Positions 18,085-26,413 are shown, counted from the stretch's first letter. The stretch: 33,658 bases of DNA from Gemmatimonadaceae bacterium (GCA_040902005.1 JBBDYA010000055.1:1-33658); one strand, 5' to 3'. Notes: generated by a model not told the origin, from the sequence alone. Numbers and translations: made by a program.

Positions 18085-18113
18085 GTGACGGCAGCGTCGT
18101 TCGCCGGGTACAA
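18085..18113 (+). promoter_or_regulatory. Putative ECF promoter copy 3 (autoregulatory, directly before the sigma gene)
   Basis: GTGACG (18085-18090)-N15-GGGTACAA (18106-18113), about 10 nt before ATG 18124. Confidence 0.7.
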
Positions 18114-18123
18114 CTCGGCGGTG

Positions 18124-18660
18124 ATGACCGATGTGGAGCTGGTGCGCGCCGTTCTTGCCGGCGATTCTGCGGCGTTCGCGATGCTACTGGATCGGCACGC
18201 CGCGAGCTGCCTGCGCTATGCCGCGCGCATGCTGGGCAGCCGCGAGGACGCCGAGGACGTGACGCAGGAGGCGTTCGTCCGGGCGCATGGCGCGTTGTCT
18301 CGTTTCGACGGCAGTGTGGCGTTCCGAACGTGGCTCATGACGATTCTGATCAACCGCTGCCGCACGGCGATGGATTCGCGGCGAAGGCGCGAGGGCCGGG
18401 TGTTTGCGGACGAAGGCGTCGTCGCGCTCGCATCGGTGCGTTCCGGGTTCGACGAGGCAGTGCTGCGCGACGCGATCGAACGGGCGCTCGTCCGACTGGA
18501 GCCGGCGCTCCGCGAGGCATTTCTACTGAAGCACGTCGAGGAGCTGAGCTACGAGGAGATGTCGGGGATCACCGGCGCGGGCGTGTCCGCTCTGAAGATG
18601 CGCGTGCAGCGCGCGTGTGACCGATTGCAGGGACTGCTGGAGGATGACCGCAATGATTGA
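18124..18660 (+). CDS. ECF-type RNA polymerase sigma-70 factor
   Basis: TDVELVRAVLAGDSAAFAML; DAEDVTQEAFVRA; FRTWLMTILINRC; region 4 LREAFLLKHVEELSYEEMSGITGAGVSALKMRVQRA. Confidence 0.95.
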   Translation: MTDVELVRAVLAGDSAAFAMLLDRHAASCLRYAARMLGSREDAEDVTQEAFVRAHGALSRFDGSVAFRTWLMTILINRCRTAMDSRRRREGRVFADEGVVALASVRSGFDEAVLRDAIERALVRLEPALREAFLLKHVEELSYEEMSGITGAGVSALKMRVQRACDRLQGLLEDDRND

Positions 18661-19237
18661 TAACGGGGGAGGGGCGGCAGACGGAATGGTGGCCGCGCGC
18701 GTATTGCGCGCTGCGCGGACGCTGCGCGACACGCCGGTGGCGCCGAGTGATGCGTGGCGGCGAGAGGTGCTCGAGGTGATCGAGCGAGGGACATCCGGCG
18801 CGCCGGCGTCGACATCGGCGGCGACACCGGCGCGACCCTGGTGGTCGATGCATCCGGTGCTTGCCGTCGCGGCGGGCCTCTTCTGCATGCTGATCGGCGC
18901 GGCGGCGGCACTCGGCGTGCGTCCGGCCGCGGACTCCGGTGGCGCGGCGGCGTCAGCTGCCGACGGCGCGCCGGTGAACGTGCGGTTCACCTTCACTGCG
19001 CCCGCGGCGACGAACGTCGTTCTCGTTGGCGACTTCAACGGCTGGAGCGCGAGCACGCACCAGCTGCGTCGCGCGGCAGACGGACGCACCTGGGAGGTGC
19101 AGGTGCCGTTGATGCCCGGCCGGTACGCATACTCCTTCGTGGTCGACGGTGCGTTCGTGCTGGATCCCGCGGCACCCAGGGCCGCTGACGACGACTTTGG
19201 CTCGCCGAACTCCATCGTGATGGTGAGGGGGACATGA
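18653..19237 (+). CDS. Putative anti-sigma factor: short cytoplasmic N-terminus, one TM helix, C-terminal CBM48 (isoamylase early-set) domain
   Basis: Overlaps the sigma stop by 8 nt; TM PVLAVAAGLFCMLIGAAAALGV; VRFTFTAPAATNVVLVGDFNGW...WEVQVPLMPGRYAYSFVVDG..VLDP...DDDFGSPNS. Anti-sigma role is inferred from position and topology. Confidence 0.82.
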   Translation: MIDNGGGAADGMVAARVLRAARTLRDTPVAPSDAWRREVLEVIERGTSGAPASTSAATPARPWWSMHPVLAVAAGLFCMLIGAAAALGVRPAADSGGAAASAADGAPVNVRFTFTAPAATNVVLVGDFNGWSASTHQLRRAADGRTWEVQVPLMPGRYAYSFVVDGAFVLDPAAPRAADDDFGSPNSIVMVRGT

Positions 19238-19887
19238 CTCGCATGAGCTGTCGTGCGATCGTGGTGCTGACGCTGGGCTGGCTGGGGACCGCGAGCGCGT
19301 TCGCCCAAGGGAATGCGCAAAGCGCGAGCGCGCTAAGCGCGCGGCTCTCACCGGCGACGCGCGCGCAGCTCGAGCGGCTGGTCGACTCCGCGCGTGCGTC
19401 GGGGCTGCCGGCGGAGCCGCTGGTGGCGCGCGCCGCCGAAGGAGTGCTGAAGGGGGCCGACGAGGCGCGCATCGTCGGCGCGGTCAGGTCTCTTGCGCGC
19501 GAGCTGGCCGCGGCCCGCGCGGTGCTTCCGGCCGGGGCGTCGGCGGCAACGCTGGCCGCGGGGGCGGGGGCGCTGCGCGCCGGCGTCTCGCGTGAAACGC
19601 TGCGCCGCCTCTCCGTGGCCAGCATTGGCGCCGCGGAAGGGGACCTCGCGCTCGCGCTGGTCACGGTCGCGGACATGGCGGCCAATCAGGTGCCACCCAC
19701 GCGCGCGGGAGAGGCGGTGGAACAGCTGCTCCAGCGCCGGGCGCCCGCCTCCGAGATCATGGCATTTCGTGAGACCGTGGCCCGCGACATCCTCGCCGGC
19801 GTCTCACCGGTGGACGCGCTCGACGCCCGCAGTCGGACGATCCTGGGCAGGCCGGCCGCTGGGGCCACCATTCCACCGATCCCATAG
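19234..19887 (+). CDS. Secreted Ala-rich alpha-helical hypothetical protein, last gene of the ECF operon
   Basis: ATGA coupling to the previous gene; signal peptide ending ASAFA; GLPAEPLVARAAEGVLKGA. Confidence 0.8.
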   Translation: MTRMSCRAIVVLTLGWLGTASAFAQGNAQSASALSARLSPATRAQLERLVDSARASGLPAEPLVARAAEGVLKGADEARIVGAVRSLARELAAARAVLPAGASAATLAAGAGALRAGVSRETLRRLSVASIGAAEGDLALALVTVADMAANQVPPTRAGEAVEQLLQRRAPASEIMAFRETVARDILAGVSPVDALDARSRTILGRPAAGATIPPIP

Positions 19888-19919
19888 CTGTTTCCTTGAC
19901 CCTCCGACAGAAGATTGCT
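19888..19919 (+). repeat. Relic copy of the padR2 promoter/operator (23399-23430)
   Basis: CTGTTTCCTTGACCCTCCGACAGAAGATTGCT vs CTGTTCCCTTGACCGTCCGACAGAAGACTGCT, 29/32 identical. Confidence 0.9.
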
Positions 19920-19920
19920 G

Positions 19921-19971
19921 GAGCTGTCGATCGCGAGGGAGAAACGTCTCGCGAATCGTGTGTGTTGCAAG
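19921..19971 (+). repeat. Relic copy of the 3' end and trailer of the 651-aa gene (23342-23392)
   Basis: 48/51 identical; the TAG stop of the original is GAG in this copy. Confidence 0.92.
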
Positions 19972-19999
19972 AAACACATGCATGTGTTACAATGCGCAC
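19965..19999 (+). promoter_or_regulatory. Leaderless sigma70 promoter of vapBC with palindromic operator
   Basis: TTGCAA (19965-19970)-N17-TACAAT (19988-19993); perfect 16-bp palindrome AACACATGCATGTGTT (19973-19988); ATG at 20000, no Shine-Dalgarno. Confidence 0.8.
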
Positions 20000-20230
20000 A
20001 TGGATACAACCATCCGCAATCTCGACGAACGCGTGTATCGCCGCCTGCGGGCACGGGCCATGGCGTCGGGAATGACGGTGGGCGAGGCGCTAAACCACGC
20101 CATGCGGGCGTATCTCGGCAGCCCCCCGCCGACAAAATCTTCGAGCCTCCGAGAGCTCGTGCCGGAGGAGTACCCGCCCGGCAACGAACGACTGAGCGAG
20201 GACATCGACCGGCACGTGTATGGTGCCTGA
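20000..20230 (+). CDS. vapB: Ribbon-helix-helix (FitA/VapB-like) antitoxin
   Basis: MDTTIRNLDERVYRRLRARAMASGMTVGEALNHAMRAYL...LSEDIDRHVYGA, 76 aa, overlapping the PIN toxin start. Confidence 0.85.
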   Translation: MDTTIRNLDERVYRRLRARAMASGMTVGEALNHAMRAYLGSPPPTKSSSLRELVPEEYPPGNERLSEDIDRHVYGA

Positions 20231-20648
20231 CCGTTCGGGCGCGATCGTGGTCGATTCGAGTTTCCTGATCGCCTATCACAACACGCGGGATGTCCATCAC
20301 GCGTCCGCCGCGCGAACCATGGTCCACCTGGCCGCCGGGAAGTGGGGACGAGTACTGCTGCTGGAGTACGTCTTCCTCGAGGTCGTCACGGTGCTGCTCG
20401 CGCGACTTGGTCACGAGAGGGCAGTCGAAGTCGGGACCACGCTCCTGGCGGCGGAAGAAGTGGATTTTGTTCCGTGCTCGGAGTTGTTCCTCGATGTGCT
20501 GCAGGAATTCACGAACCAGCGTGTCGGAACGTTGAGTTTCGTCGATGCCGCGATCGCAGTGGCGGCCCGGAATCGGGCGGCTGGCCGGATCGCCACCTTC
20601 GACACGGACTTCCGCGGGCTTCCCGGGCTGACGATCATTTCAAGCTGA
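20220..20648 (+). CDS. vapC: PIN-domain toxin (VapC family)
   Basis: IVVDSSFLIA...DVHH; VFLEVVT; LSFVDAAI; IATFDTDF carry the PIN acidic residues. Confidence 0.92.
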   Translation: MVPDRSGAIVVDSSFLIAYHNTRDVHHASAARTMVHLAAGKWGRVLLLEYVFLEVVTVLLARLGHERAVEVGTTLLAAEEVDFVPCSELFLDVLQEFTNQRVGTLSFVDAAIAVAARNRAAGRIATFDTDFRGLPGLTIISS

Positions 20649-20671
20649 TCGAGTTGGCATCGACGTGACAC

Positions 20672-20727
20672 CTCACCAATCGTCACCGTGGGCTCCGCGC
20701 GTCCGGAAGCGCAGGCGGTGGCCATCG
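20672..20727 (+). repeat. Relic copy of the 5' coding region of the amidohydrolase gene (26668-26731)
   Basis: 20679-20727 vs 26683-26731 are 47/49 identical; the preceding CTCACCA also matches, across an 8-nt deletion. Confidence 0.92.
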
Positions 20728-20809
20728 GGGGCGCGGGGCACAGCTACCGAGGTGGCGGCGCGGGGCGAAATTCGCCAGACTGGAGGAACCCTCCCGGAAT
20801 GAATCAGCC

Positions 20810-21349
20810 ATGAAAATCACGCGCGCTCTCCTGCTCGCCACCATGGTCCTCGTGCCCATCGCTGCGCCGGCGCAGGGACCGGCCCCCGTCGCTTCGGCAG
20901 TTCGCGACGAGCTGATGGCGCAGTTCAACATGTCCATGCGCAAGTTCATCGCGCTCGCGAACGCCATGCCGGCCGACCGCTTTGAGTGGAAGCCCGAGAA
21001 GGACGCCATGCCCGTGGGTCTCGTGTACGCGCACGTGGCGCACTACAACTACTACTACACGTCCACCGCCATGGGCATCGCCGCCCCCGCTGGCATGAAG
21101 CTGGACACGCTCGAGAATCTGCGCGACAAGGCGCAGCTCGTGGCCCTGCTCCGGAACTCAGCGGACCACGTGCGACGCTCGGTGGGCGCGATGAGCGCCG
21201 AGCAGCTCGAGCAACCCACCAGGTTGTACGGCCGGGACGTACAGCACTGGTCGGTGCTGGTGCAGCTCGTGGCGCATATGAACGAGCACCTTGGGCAGTC
21301 CATCGCCTACGCGCGCAGCAACGGCGTTGTCCCGCCATGGTCCCAGTGA
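20810..21349 (+). CDS. Exported DinB/YfiT-family protein
   Basis: Signal peptide; LANAMPADRFEWKP; HVAHYN; HMNEHLGQSIAYARSNGVVPPWS. Confidence 0.88.
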   Translation: MKITRALLLATMVLVPIAAPAQGPAPVASAVRDELMAQFNMSMRKFIALANAMPADRFEWKPEKDAMPVGLVYAHVAHYNYYYTSTAMGIAAPAGMKLDTLENLRDKAQLVALLRNSADHVRRSVGAMSAEQLEQPTRLYGRDVQHWSVLVQLVAHMNEHLGQSIAYARSNGVVPPWSQ

Positions 21350-21406
21350 GGACACGGTCGGTCTCATCCCGGCAGTGACGTTGGTCGCATTACCAGAGCC
21401 TGACTC

Positions 21407-23362
21407 GTGCTGGTCGCCTTCCTGACACTTGCACTGCTGGCGCCTGTTGAAAGGCAGGCCACGAGCCAGCCCGACAGCGTTGCTGTCAGGCGGTTTATCG
21501 CGCATGCGCGGCGCGAGGAGGCGAAGTTCCTCGCGGCGTGGCGCCGCGAGTGGCAGGCCTGGCGCGACCTCGGCAGAACGGATCCGCGGTACTTCTCGCT
21601 GCACTGCCACTTCGACGAGCCGCTGTTCGCCCGCGAGCGGTTTCACCTGATCCGAACGCCGTACAGCCGGAAGTCGATGTGTCCGATCTGGTTCCAGGGG
21701 CGCGGCGAGCGCGCCGACGAGGCCGCGGGCATCGACAACGGCATCCGCCCGCGATCGCGCGAGAAGATTCGGGAACGGCGAGCGGCAGTACTCCAGCTCC
21801 TCGACTCGGCCGCGGTGCTCGCGCACGGCGACCTGTGGGTGCTGGGTCAACGCGTCCGGCTGCATGTGGACCAGGGCAACCACGAGCGGGCGCTCGCGAT
21901 CGCGTCGTCCGAGTGCGGGGTGCCGGGAGCGACGTGCGCGATGCTCGAGGGGTATGTGCTGGCGAGTGGCGGTCATCGCCGAGCGGCGGAGGCGACGTTC
22001 GGCTACGCAACGAGTCGCATGACCGACGCGGACCGCTGCCGTTATCTCGACATTGCCGCCTTCGTACCGTGGGGCCAGCGCGACAGGTACGGCGAGACCT
22101 CCTGCGACGAGCGCAGCGCGGCGAACGAGAACTTCTGGTGGCTCGCCGATCCGCTCTTCGCCGAGCCGGGCAACGAGCGGCTGGCGGTGCACCTGTTCCG
22201 GTACATGATCGTTGCCCTGCGTTCTGCGCTCACGGCGGACGAGCACTTCGATTGGCGTCTCGGCTACGGCGGCGCGGCGGCCGCCGAGATGATTCTTCGC
22301 TACGGATGGCCGAACGTGAGCTACTACGACCGGCAGGAGGACGAGTCGCACAACCGCTGGCTCGGCTGGCGGGACAGCGCATCGAACTCCAGCCGCGAGT
22401 ACTTCTGGCCCCGCTACCAGTCCGCGCCGACGTGGGACGTCGCGCGGGATCTCTCCACGCTGCGCGCCGAGGTCTTTGCCAACGTCACGGCTCCATGGGA
22501 CGGGAAGGCCCTGAGGTTCGACCCATCCTGGTGGCCGGTCGAGCACTTCAATCGCGCGGGGCCGCTGATCTCGCTCGACTACCAGATGGCGGTGTTCCGG
22601 AGGGAGCGCGCGCCGCTGGTGGCGTTGGCCACGGATCCGAGAACGCGCGGAATCGACGATTCAATGCTGGCGGCATACAGCGCGGTTGTCGTCGCCATGC
22701 GCGGACCGCGGGACACGCCGCGGCGATCGGAGCATCCGGCCAGGATCCGCGACGGCGGAAGCATCGTGATGACGCTGGAGACAGAACCGGGGTGGCAGGT
22801 CCTTTCCGGCGAACTGATGCAGGGCGGCAACGATGCTGCTGCCGCCGCCCGCACACGCTTTCCTGCGACGATCGCACCGGGGCTGGATTCTCTGCGCGCC
22901 GGCGAGGTGGCGCTGTCGGATCCCGCGCTGTTCGCCATGGGAATCAGCGACTCGTTGCCGCAGTCGTCGTCGGAGGCCATCGACCGGATGCTTCCCACGA
23001 CCAACCTGCGCGCGCCCGAACGGCTCGGCGTGTACTTCGAGATCTACGGACTCCCGCCGGATGCGACAGGCGACCTCACGCTGACGATCGTCTCCCTGGA
23101 TCAGCCGGGTTTGCTGCGCCGGCTCGGGGCGCGGTTCGGCGTCGCGGAGTCGGCGGGAGGCGCCATCTCCGTGCGCTGGCAGGGGAACCACCCCGGCGCT
23201 GCATCGAGTCTCGAGCAGGTGGGCACGAGCACGATCCACACGCGCTCCATCGTCCTCAACGTCGCGCTGCTCCGGTCCGGCCGCTACTCCCTGGAGATCG
23301 GGGTGGAGCGCGCCGGAGGTGAGCCGGTGCTTGCGCGGCGCGAGCTGTCGATCGCGAGGTAG
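21407..23362 (+). CDS. Large exported hypothetical protein, divergent GWxTD-domain-like
   Basis: 651 aa with signal peptide. FWWLADPLFAEPGNERLAVHLFR and MILRYGWP resemble the GWxTD-family core; C-terminal LSDPALF, LGVYFEIYGL and LRSGRYSLEIGV. Confidence 0.75.
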   Translation: MLVAFLTLALLAPVERQATSQPDSVAVRRFIAHARREEAKFLAAWRREWQAWRDLGRTDPRYFSLHCHFDEPLFARERFHLIRTPYSRKSMCPIWFQGRGERADEAAGIDNGIRPRSREKIRERRAAVLQLLDSAAVLAHGDLWVLGQRVRLHVDQGNHERALAIASSECGVPGATCAMLEGYVLASGGHRRAAEATFGYATSRMTDADRCRYLDIAAFVPWGQRDRYGETSCDERSAANENFWWLADPLFAEPGNERLAVHLFRYMIVALRSALTADEHFDWRLGYGGAAAAEMILRYGWPNVSYYDRQEDESHNRWLGWRDSASNSSREYFWPRYQSAPTWDVARDLSTLRAEVFANVTAPWDGKALRFDPSWWPVEHFNRAGPLISLDYQMAVFRRERAPLVALATDPRTRGIDDSMLAAYSAVVVAMRGPRDTPRRSEHPARIRDGGSIVMTLETEPGWQVLSGELMQGGNDAAAAARTRFPATIAPGLDSLRAGEVALSDPALFAMGISDSLPQSSSEAIDRMLPTTNLRAPERLGVYFEIYGLPPDATGDLTLTIVSLDQPGLLRRLGARFGVAESAGGAISVRWQGNHPGAASSLEQVGTSTIHTRSIVLNVALLRSGRYSLEIGVERAGGEPVLARRELSIAR

Positions 23363-23403
23363 AAACGTCCCACGAATCGTGTGTGTTGCAAGCCATGACT
23401 GTT

Positions 23404-23456
23404 CCCTTGACCGTCCGACAGAAGACTGCTACACTCCCTTGTCCGTCCGACAGGAG
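23404..23456 (+). promoter_or_regulatory. sigma70 promoter with tandem putative PadR operators for padR-ADOP operon 2
   Basis: TTGACC (23407-23412)-N17-TACACT (23430-23435); direct repeats CCCTTGACCGTCCGACAGAAG (23404-23424) and CCCTTGTCCGTCCGACAGGAG (23436-23456). Confidence 0.78.
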
Positions 23457-23461
23457 AGAGT

Positions 23462-23794
23462 GTGGCCACGTCCGCCGACGTCATGCAGGGCACCCTGGAC
23501 CTGCTCGTCCTCAAGGCGCTGTCGCTTGCGCCGCTGCACGGCTGGGGGATCAGCCAGCGCATCCAGCAGCTGTCCCGTGACGCACTGCAGATAGGCCAGG
23601 GCTCGCTCTATCCGGCACTCTACCGCCTGGAGAAGAAGGGGCTCATCAAGGGCGCGTGGGCAACGACAAAGAACAACCGGGAGGCCAAGTACTATCGCCT
23701 GTCCGCTGCGGGGGAGCGCGCGCTGGCCACCGAGATGAAGGACTGGCACCACTTCACGAGTGCGGTCGAGCTGGTGCTCCTCGCCAAGGGTTGA
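23462..23794 (+). CDS. PadR family transcriptional regulator (ADOP-associated type)
   Basis: QGTLDLLVLKALSLAPLHGWGISQRIQQLS...GSLYPALYRLEKKGLI...NNREAKYYRLS. Confidence 0.95.
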   Translation: MATSADVMQGTLDLLVLKALSLAPLHGWGISQRIQQLSRDALQIGQGSLYPALYRLEKKGLIKGAWATTKNNREAKYYRLSAAGERALATEMKDWHHFTSAVELVLLAKG

Positions 23795-23797
23795 GCC

Positions 23798-26413
23798 ATG
23801 ACGTCACTCCCAGGACGATTCGCGATGTGGCTGCGCGCGCTGGTGCAGCGCCAGCGCGTGGAGACCGAGATGGAGAAGGAGATGCGTCTGCATCTCGACC
23901 TCGAGATCGAAGCCAACATTCGCGCGGGGCTGTCGCCCGAGGAAGCCCGGCGCGCGGCGCACCTGTCCTTCGGCGGCGTCGAGAAGAGCAAGGAGGAGGT
24001 GCGCGACCAGCGCGGTACGCGGTGGATCGAGCACGCCTTTGGCGACCTGCGTTTCGCGCTACGCGGGTTCCGCAAGAGTCCCGGCTTCGCGATCGCCGTT
24101 GTCCTGACCCTCGCCCTGGGGATCGGCGCCAACACCACGATCTTCTCGATCCTTAACGCCGCCGTGCTGCGACCCCTGCCGTACCCTCGGCCACAGCAGA
24201 TTCTGTCGCTGTCGCTTGCCGACGAGCAGCAGGATCACGGTGTGGTGGACGATAGAACATTGCAGGGATGGGTGGAAACGGCCCGATCATTTGCATCGCT
24301 CGCCGCTTACGGGGGGCGTCTCGTCACCATCGGTACCAGTGAGGGTGTTGCTCAGTTTCGCGGACTCCGGGTAACGCACGGCTACTTCCAGGTGCTGGGC
24401 GTTCCGCCCCTCCTGGGTCGCGTGTTCACCGAGCGCGAGACGGAGCGCGGCGCCGTACCGGTCGTGGTGCTCAGCGAGCAGTTGTGGCGCGGCACCTTCG
24501 GATCCGACTCCGGATTGGTGGGCCGAACGATCGGGCTGAACGACGTCGCCACCACGGTCATTGGGATCATGCCCGCGTCGTACACGACCACCAGTGGGAC
24601 GAGACTCTGGCTGCCGTTGGACGCGCGTCCAGCGGCTCCGGACCTCGTGAACGAAAGCGTCATGATCTTCTTCTATTCGGTCATCGGGCGCGTGCGTGAC
24701 GGGACCGCCCTGGACGCAGCCCGTGCCGAGTTGCAGACCATCCACCAGCGCGTCGAGCAGCCGGGCGGCCGGGACGGCATGCAGGTGGTCGCCAAGACGC
24801 TGCACGAGCGCAGGTACGGCGACAGCCGGCGCCCGCTCGTGCTGCTCCAGGCCGCGGTGGGTGTCCTCCTGCTGATCGCCTGCGCCAACCTGGCCAACCT
24901 GTCGTTGGCGCGGTCCGCGCGCCGGCAGCGCGAGTTCGCGTTGCGTCTGGCACTGGGCGCCAGCCGATGGCGGCTGAGCCAGTACGTGCTCATCGAGAGT
25001 CTGATGTTGTCGGCGTTCGGCGCGATGCTCGGACTTGCGCTGGCCAGGAGCTCGGTGCGGGTGCTGGTGGCCATGAGTCCCGGCACCGTAGGGAATCTCG
25101 AAAACGTCGGCCTCGACGGAACGGTGCTCGCCTTCACCCTGATCGTGGCGGCGATGACCGGCCTGTTCTTCGGGCTCGTTCCGGCAATCGTCGCCGCGCG
25201 CGGGGACGTCAACCAGGCGCTCGCCAGCGGAAGTGCGCGCGCGTCAGCGGGTCCGCGGCAGCGGTTGATGCGTCACGCGCTGATCGTCGGCGAGCTGGCG
25301 TCCGCGCTGGTCTTCCTGACGGGCGCAGGTCTGGTGGCAAAAACCTTCTGGCGCGTCACGTCCATCGAAACCGGCTTCCGGCCGGAGAACGTGCTGACGG
25401 CTCACGTCCGCCTGCCCAGCACCCGTTACTCGGACGCGGCCGGTGACGCCTTCATCCGCGAGCTTCTCGCCCGTGTGCGCCGCGATCCGCGCGTGCTCTC
25501 CGCGTCGCTCGTCGATGTGCCGCCGCTCGGCGGCAGAGCCATGACCGTCACGCATACGGACGAGATTCGGAAGACGTCCACGGAATTCGACGTCGTAACC
25601 GCCGACGCCGGGTATTTCGAAACCATCAGCGCGACCCTCATCGCGGGTCGGCCGATCATGGAATCGGACAGACCTGGCACGCCGCGCGTGGCCGTGGTGA
25701 GCGAAACGCTGGCGCGAATGGCGTTCGCGGGCGAGCAGGCGATCGGGAAAACGCTCGATGTGCAGGGCGGACCTCTCACGATCGTCGGGGTGGTGCGGGA
25801 CGTATTGCAGCGTGGGCTGGAGGAGCCGCCGATGCCAACGCTGTTTCGGGCGATGGCCCAGGCAGGCGCAGTAAACAGCGCGGATCTCGTTCTTCGAACG
25901 GATGGTGACGCCACCCTGATGCAGGAGCCCATCCGCCGTGCCCTACTCGAGATGGATAGATCGTTGTTGCCCCCGCCGTTCCTCACGATGGATCAGGCGC
26001 TGGGCGAGGCGATGGCGCCGCGACGGTTCTCCCTGGTGGTCCTCGGAATCTTCGCGTTGCTCGCCGGACTGCTCGCGGTGATCGGGTTGTACGGCGTCCT
26101 GTCGTACCTGGTATCCGAGCGCACGCGAGAGCTCGCGATTCGCGCAGCCCTCGGCGCGGACGCTGCTCGAGTGATGCGACTGGTTCTGCGCCACGGCATG
26201 TTGCTCGTCGCGGCCGGAACGGCACTGGGCGTGGGCGCCTCCATGCTGGCTGTGCGGCTGCTTCGGAGCATGGTGTACGAGATGAGCGTGTACGACCCGT
26301 GGGCCTTCGCGAGCGCGGCCGTGGCGCTTATGGGGGTGGCGCTGTTGGCGTCGTACCTTCCGGCCCGCTGGGCCAGTCGACTGGATCCGCTGACGGCGTT
26401 GCGCGCCGAGTAA
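23798..26413 (+). CDS. ADOP-type duplicated ABC permease with permease-prefix domain
   Basis: EMEKEMRLHL...EARRAAHLSFGGVEKSKEEVRD; LALGIGANTTIFS; LLIACANLANL; RTRELAIRAALGA; DPLTALRAE. Confidence 0.93.
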   Translation: MTSLPGRFAMWLRALVQRQRVETEMEKEMRLHLDLEIEANIRAGLSPEEARRAAHLSFGGVEKSKEEVRDQRGTRWIEHAFGDLRFALRGFRKSPGFAIAVVLTLALGIGANTTIFSILNAAVLRPLPYPRPQQILSLSLADEQQDHGVVDDRTLQGWVETARSFASLAAYGGRLVTIGTSEGVAQFRGLRVTHGYFQVLGVPPLLGRVFTERETERGAVPVVVLSEQLWRGTFGSDSGLVGRTIGLNDVATTVIGIMPASYTTTSGTRLWLPLDARPAAPDLVNESVMIFFYSVIGRVRDGTALDAARAELQTIHQRVEQPGGRDGMQVVAKTLHERRYGDSRRPLVLLQAAVGVLLLIACANLANLSLARSARRQREFALRLALGASRWRLSQYVLIESLMLSAFGAMLGLALARSSVRVLVAMSPGTVGNLENVGLDGTVLAFTLIVAAMTGLFFGLVPAIVAARGDVNQALASGSARASAGPRQRLMRHALIVGELASALVFLTGAGLVAKTFWRVTSIETGFRPENVLTAHVRLPSTRYSDAAGDAFIRELLARVRRDPRVLSASLVDVPPLGGRAMTVTHTDEIRKTSTEFDVVTADAGYFETISATLIAGRPIMESDRPGTPRVAVVSETLARMAFAGEQAIGKTLDVQGGPLTIVGVVRDVLQRGLEEPPMPTLFRAMAQAGAVNSADLVLRTDGDATLMQEPIRRALLEMDRSLLPPPFLTMDQALGEAMAPRRFSLVVLGIFALLAGLLAVIGLYGVLSYLVSERTRELAIRAALGADAARVMRLVLRHGMLLVAAGTALGVGASMLAVRLLRSMVYEMSVYDPWAFASAAVALMGVALLASYLPARWASRLDPLTALRAE

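Noticed and set aside
20672..20727. Relic considered as a diversity-generating retroelement template repeat
   Set aside because: Both mismatches are A/G, but the A is in the gene copy rather than the putative template, the target is N-terminal, and there is no reverse transcriptase in the window.
21375..21400. GTGACG upstream of the 651-aa gene as a fourth ECF promoter
   Set aside because: No GGGTA element at the 15-nt spacing; other intergenic GTGACG words near 7040 and 32980 fail the same test.
19888..23456. Repeats considered as a CRISPR array, integron attC sites or IS ends
   Set aside because: No regular repeat-spacer period, no attC-like structure, no terminal inverted repeats, and no cas, integrase or transposase gene; the repeats are copies of specific neighbouring sequences.
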